Positions 24,101 through 25,290 of a stretch of DNA of 25,290 nucleotides are shown here, piece after piece. The position numbers were made by a program, and so were the translations under genes. The stretch comes from Candidatus Methylomirabilales bacterium (GTDB taxonomy: Bacteria > Methylomirabilota > Methylomirabilia > Methylomirabilales > CSP1-5): the NCBI GenBank assembly GCA_046758505.1, contig JBHIAH010000036.1:1-25290 (forward strand), in the 5' to 3' direction. Position 1 is the stretch's first letter; the number at the start of each line of letters is the position of its first letter. The notes beneath the pieces were generated by a model. It worked only from the letters and a program-made list of their open reading frames with translations. It searched no databases and was not told where the DNA came from.

Positions 24101-24602
24101 CCTGGGGGACCGACCGATAGCCCCCCACCTCGAGGAGATCCACCACCTGCTCTGGAGGGACGATCCGGTGCGGATAGAGGTGCAGGGTGGCCGCATCCAG
24201 CGCGTCGGGGGGGAGGCGGCGACGAAAGAGGGCGTGGACCGGCACGACCAGCGCGGTGACGTCTTCGTCGCGAAGCTCACGGAGACGCCGCACCCGTTCG
24301 GCCCGGACCTCGAGCGGCGGCGAGACCGGCTGGAAGGGGGGCACGTCCGGTTCCGGAAAGAGGTGGACCCGGTCTCGGTCGAGGAAAAAGCGAAGGTCCA
24401 CCGCGAGCTCTTCTGCCTCCTTGAGGGAGGGGGTCACCACCACCAGGGGTCGCGAGAGTGTCCGGGCAACTTCCGCCACCACCAGCGCCCGGGCACTGCC
24501 CCACAGGCCGTGCAGCCGAAGGCGGCCGCCGTCCTCCACGAGATCCGGAAGGCCTTCCTGAAGCCCGAGAGCCTGAAGATCAACACATCGCCCCACGCTC
24601 AT
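21132..24602 (-). CDS. mfd: Transcription-repair coupling factor
   Basis: UvrB-homology region (GEYSRRGGILDI, RIEFFGDEIESIRTFD), RID (VVHVDHGLGRF), GDVGYGKTEVA, DEEQRFGV, TATPIPRT, QLRGRVGR, DLEIRGAGNLLG and TRCF tail. ATG 24602 is coupled by an ATGA overlap to the upstream stop, with RBS GGAGG. Confidence 0.97.
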   Translation of the reverse strand: MSVGRCVDLQALGLQEGLPDLVEDGGRLRLHGLWGSARALVVAEVARTLSRPLVVVTPSLKEAEELAVDLRFFLDRDRVHLFPEPDVPPFQPVSPPLEVRAERVRRLRELRDEDVTALVVPVHALFRRRLPPDALDAATLHLYPHRIVPPEQVVDLLEVGGYRSVPQVEQAGEYSRRGGILDIGVPDLAHPVRIEFFGDEIESIRTFDVGTQRSLATLQRVGGVAILPLSEVLLSPESRGLARQRTGGKGSPVLQDAVEAGRRGPGIERYLPFFYQHTVPLWEYFPPGTILVWDDPDQVAARAQAVGDLLVGAYAQHRGEGLPPLAATHHRWKDIHETLASRSRIDLFPFVPAPGPEAAPCVFETTQIPSYQGRFTPLARDLGIWRREGRAITLVARGTAQARRLWEVLREHDLGATVTDGPPVSGRIQIQEGGLSAGFHFAPLKQTYLTEAEIFGPRRAVSARRPKIREARPFAVFADLQPGDVVVHVDHGLGRFHGLQKLMVGEVEGDYLLLEYAGADKLYVPVDKLHLIQRYVGADAAAGGPPLDRLGSSAWARAKERVRASIREMARELLKLYAARQVADGHGFAPDTPWQREFEAAFPFEETAHQITAIQQVKGDMERPQPMDRLICGDVGYGKTEVAMRAAFKAVMDGTQVAVLVPTTVLALQHFQSFSDRFAPFPIVVEMLSRFRTRGEQQKVLRGLRDGTVDIVIGTHRLLQKDVRFRDLGLLAVDEEQRFGVAAKERLKQFRTEVDVLTLTATPIPRTLHMAMLGVRDVSTIETPPEDRLSIRTFVTRFDPEVIRQAVEEEIGRGGQVFFVHNRVESIHAMARFLKRLLPHVRIAVAHGQMREEALERVMCDFYAKRYQLLCCTAIIESGLDIPTANTIIINRADRFGLAQLYQLRGRVGRDRFRAHAFLLVPREEALSDSARRRLQVVAELTELGSGFKIAARDLEIRGAGNLLGVEQHGHINAVGFDLYCQLIQETVQELKGADRGVEVDPVLRLPLEAYIPEAYVSDAAVRLTLYRRLAAATSAAERAEFAGELRDRFGPPPLPVEHLLRAVDLKARARMLRIREIDARSPGVRIAFGPAPPVSPERVVGLLQAMGGALRYVQEDALELRCDGASALERIARLQALLDQMLEPRGESVGAAGET

Positions 24603-25090
24603 CCTCCGCCACCCCGGATGCGCTGGAGCAGCTCGCTGCTTGACGCCCCTTCCACATACGGCAACGTCTGAACCCGTCCCCCCCGACCCTCGACGATCTG
24701 CCGCCCGACCACTTGATCGACCGGCCAATCTCCCCCCTTCACGAGCAGATCCGGCTCGAGCGCCCGAATCACCCGCTCGGGGTCGAGATCCTCAAAGATG
24801 AGGACAAAGTCGACCGCGGCCAGGGCGGCGACCAGCTCGGCCCGCTCGTCCTGGGACATCACGGGTCGACCCGGCCCCTTCAGCGTGTGGACCGAGGCGT
24901 CACTGTTGATGGCCACGATGAGCACATCCCCCAAGCGCTTGGCCTGATCGAGATACCGGGCGTGTCCTCGGTGGAGCAGGTCGAAGCAGCCGTTGGTGAA
25001 AACCACCTGCTTTCCCTGTCGGTGGAGACCACGTGTCAGGGCGGCAAGCTCTTCCAGCGTCTTCATTTTTTGCGCATAGCCCGGCGCCAC
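24599..25090 (-). CDS. rfaE2: D-glycero-beta-D-manno-heptose 1-phosphate adenylyltransferase
   Basis: VFTNGCFDLLHRGH, NSDASV..LKG..RP, PDLLVKGGDW and SSS. Start GTG 25090 (after AGGAGAGG) or ATG 25066. Confidence 0.92.
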   Translation of the reverse strand: MAPGYAQKMKTLEELAALTRGLHRQGKQVVFTNGCFDLLHRGHARYLDQAKRLGDVLIVAINSDASVHTLKGPGRPVMSQDERAELVAALAAVDFVLIFEDLDPERVIRALEPDLLVKGGDWPVDQVVGRQIVEGRGGRVQTLPYVEGASSSELLQRIRGGGG

Positions 25091-25134
25091 CTCGCCTCTC
25101 CTTCGCCGTGCGCCGTTAGAGGCCTTCCCCTGGC

Positions 25135-25290
25135 TTACTTGGCAGGCTCCCCACCCGACGCTTCCCACTGTTCAATCACGGCGGCAGCGAGGAGGGGAAA
25201 CAGGATCTCGTGGTGGCCGGTGAGCGCATAGCCCTGACCGGCTCCCGCCACCGGCCGAGAGACGACGTTCTGCGTCGGGCGGTAGTGCTG
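25135..25290 (-). CDS. C-terminal fragment of a conserved hypothetical protein (continues beyond the window)
   Basis: Manual translation gives QHYRPTQNVVSRPVAGAGQGYALTGHHEILFPLLAAAVIEQWEASGGEPAK*. The frame is open to the window edge and codirectional with rfaE2. Family not confidently assigned. Confidence 0.7.
   Translation of the reverse strand, partial: QHYRPTQNVVSRPVAGAGQGYALTGHHEILFPLLAAAVIEQWEASGGEPAK

Overview
GC-rich bacterial chromosomal window. The gene style is reminiscent of NC10/Methylomirabilota or deltaproteobacteria-like lineages, but that is an unverified inference. Most of it is housekeeping. In order it holds: (i) a periplasmic metal-handling cluster (UreH/NiCoT-like membrane protein, cytochrome c-CusF fusion, small secreted His/Cys protein, DoxX); (ii) a minus-strand operon Mut7-C RNase-fmt-rsmB-PASTA protein-rpe-M23 peptidase-EamA transporter; (iii) a soluble PRC/MgtE_N/CBS protein paired with an Nramp-fold, probably Mg2+, transporter; (iv) an AT-rich scar with a probable Fic C-terminal remnant, then radC; (v) a TPR protein and a Tat-signal YqgE/AlgH protein, divergent from ftsE-[GIY-YIG]-ftsX-envC-ctpA-tsaD; (vi) a convergent minus-strand operon of a partial conserved gene, rfaE2, mfd and a SurA-like PPIase. 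Two unexplained signals stand out. First, a small GIY-YIG gene sits exactly at the ftsE stop codon, bracketed by 16-bp imperfect inverted repeats and a TAA direct repeat. Second, five intergenic inverted arrays of degenerate 7-mers plus one orphan arm occur with four different core words, and some are nested (7-mer around 8-mer, or double 7-mer). No rRNA, tRNA, CRISPR array or transposase was recognised.
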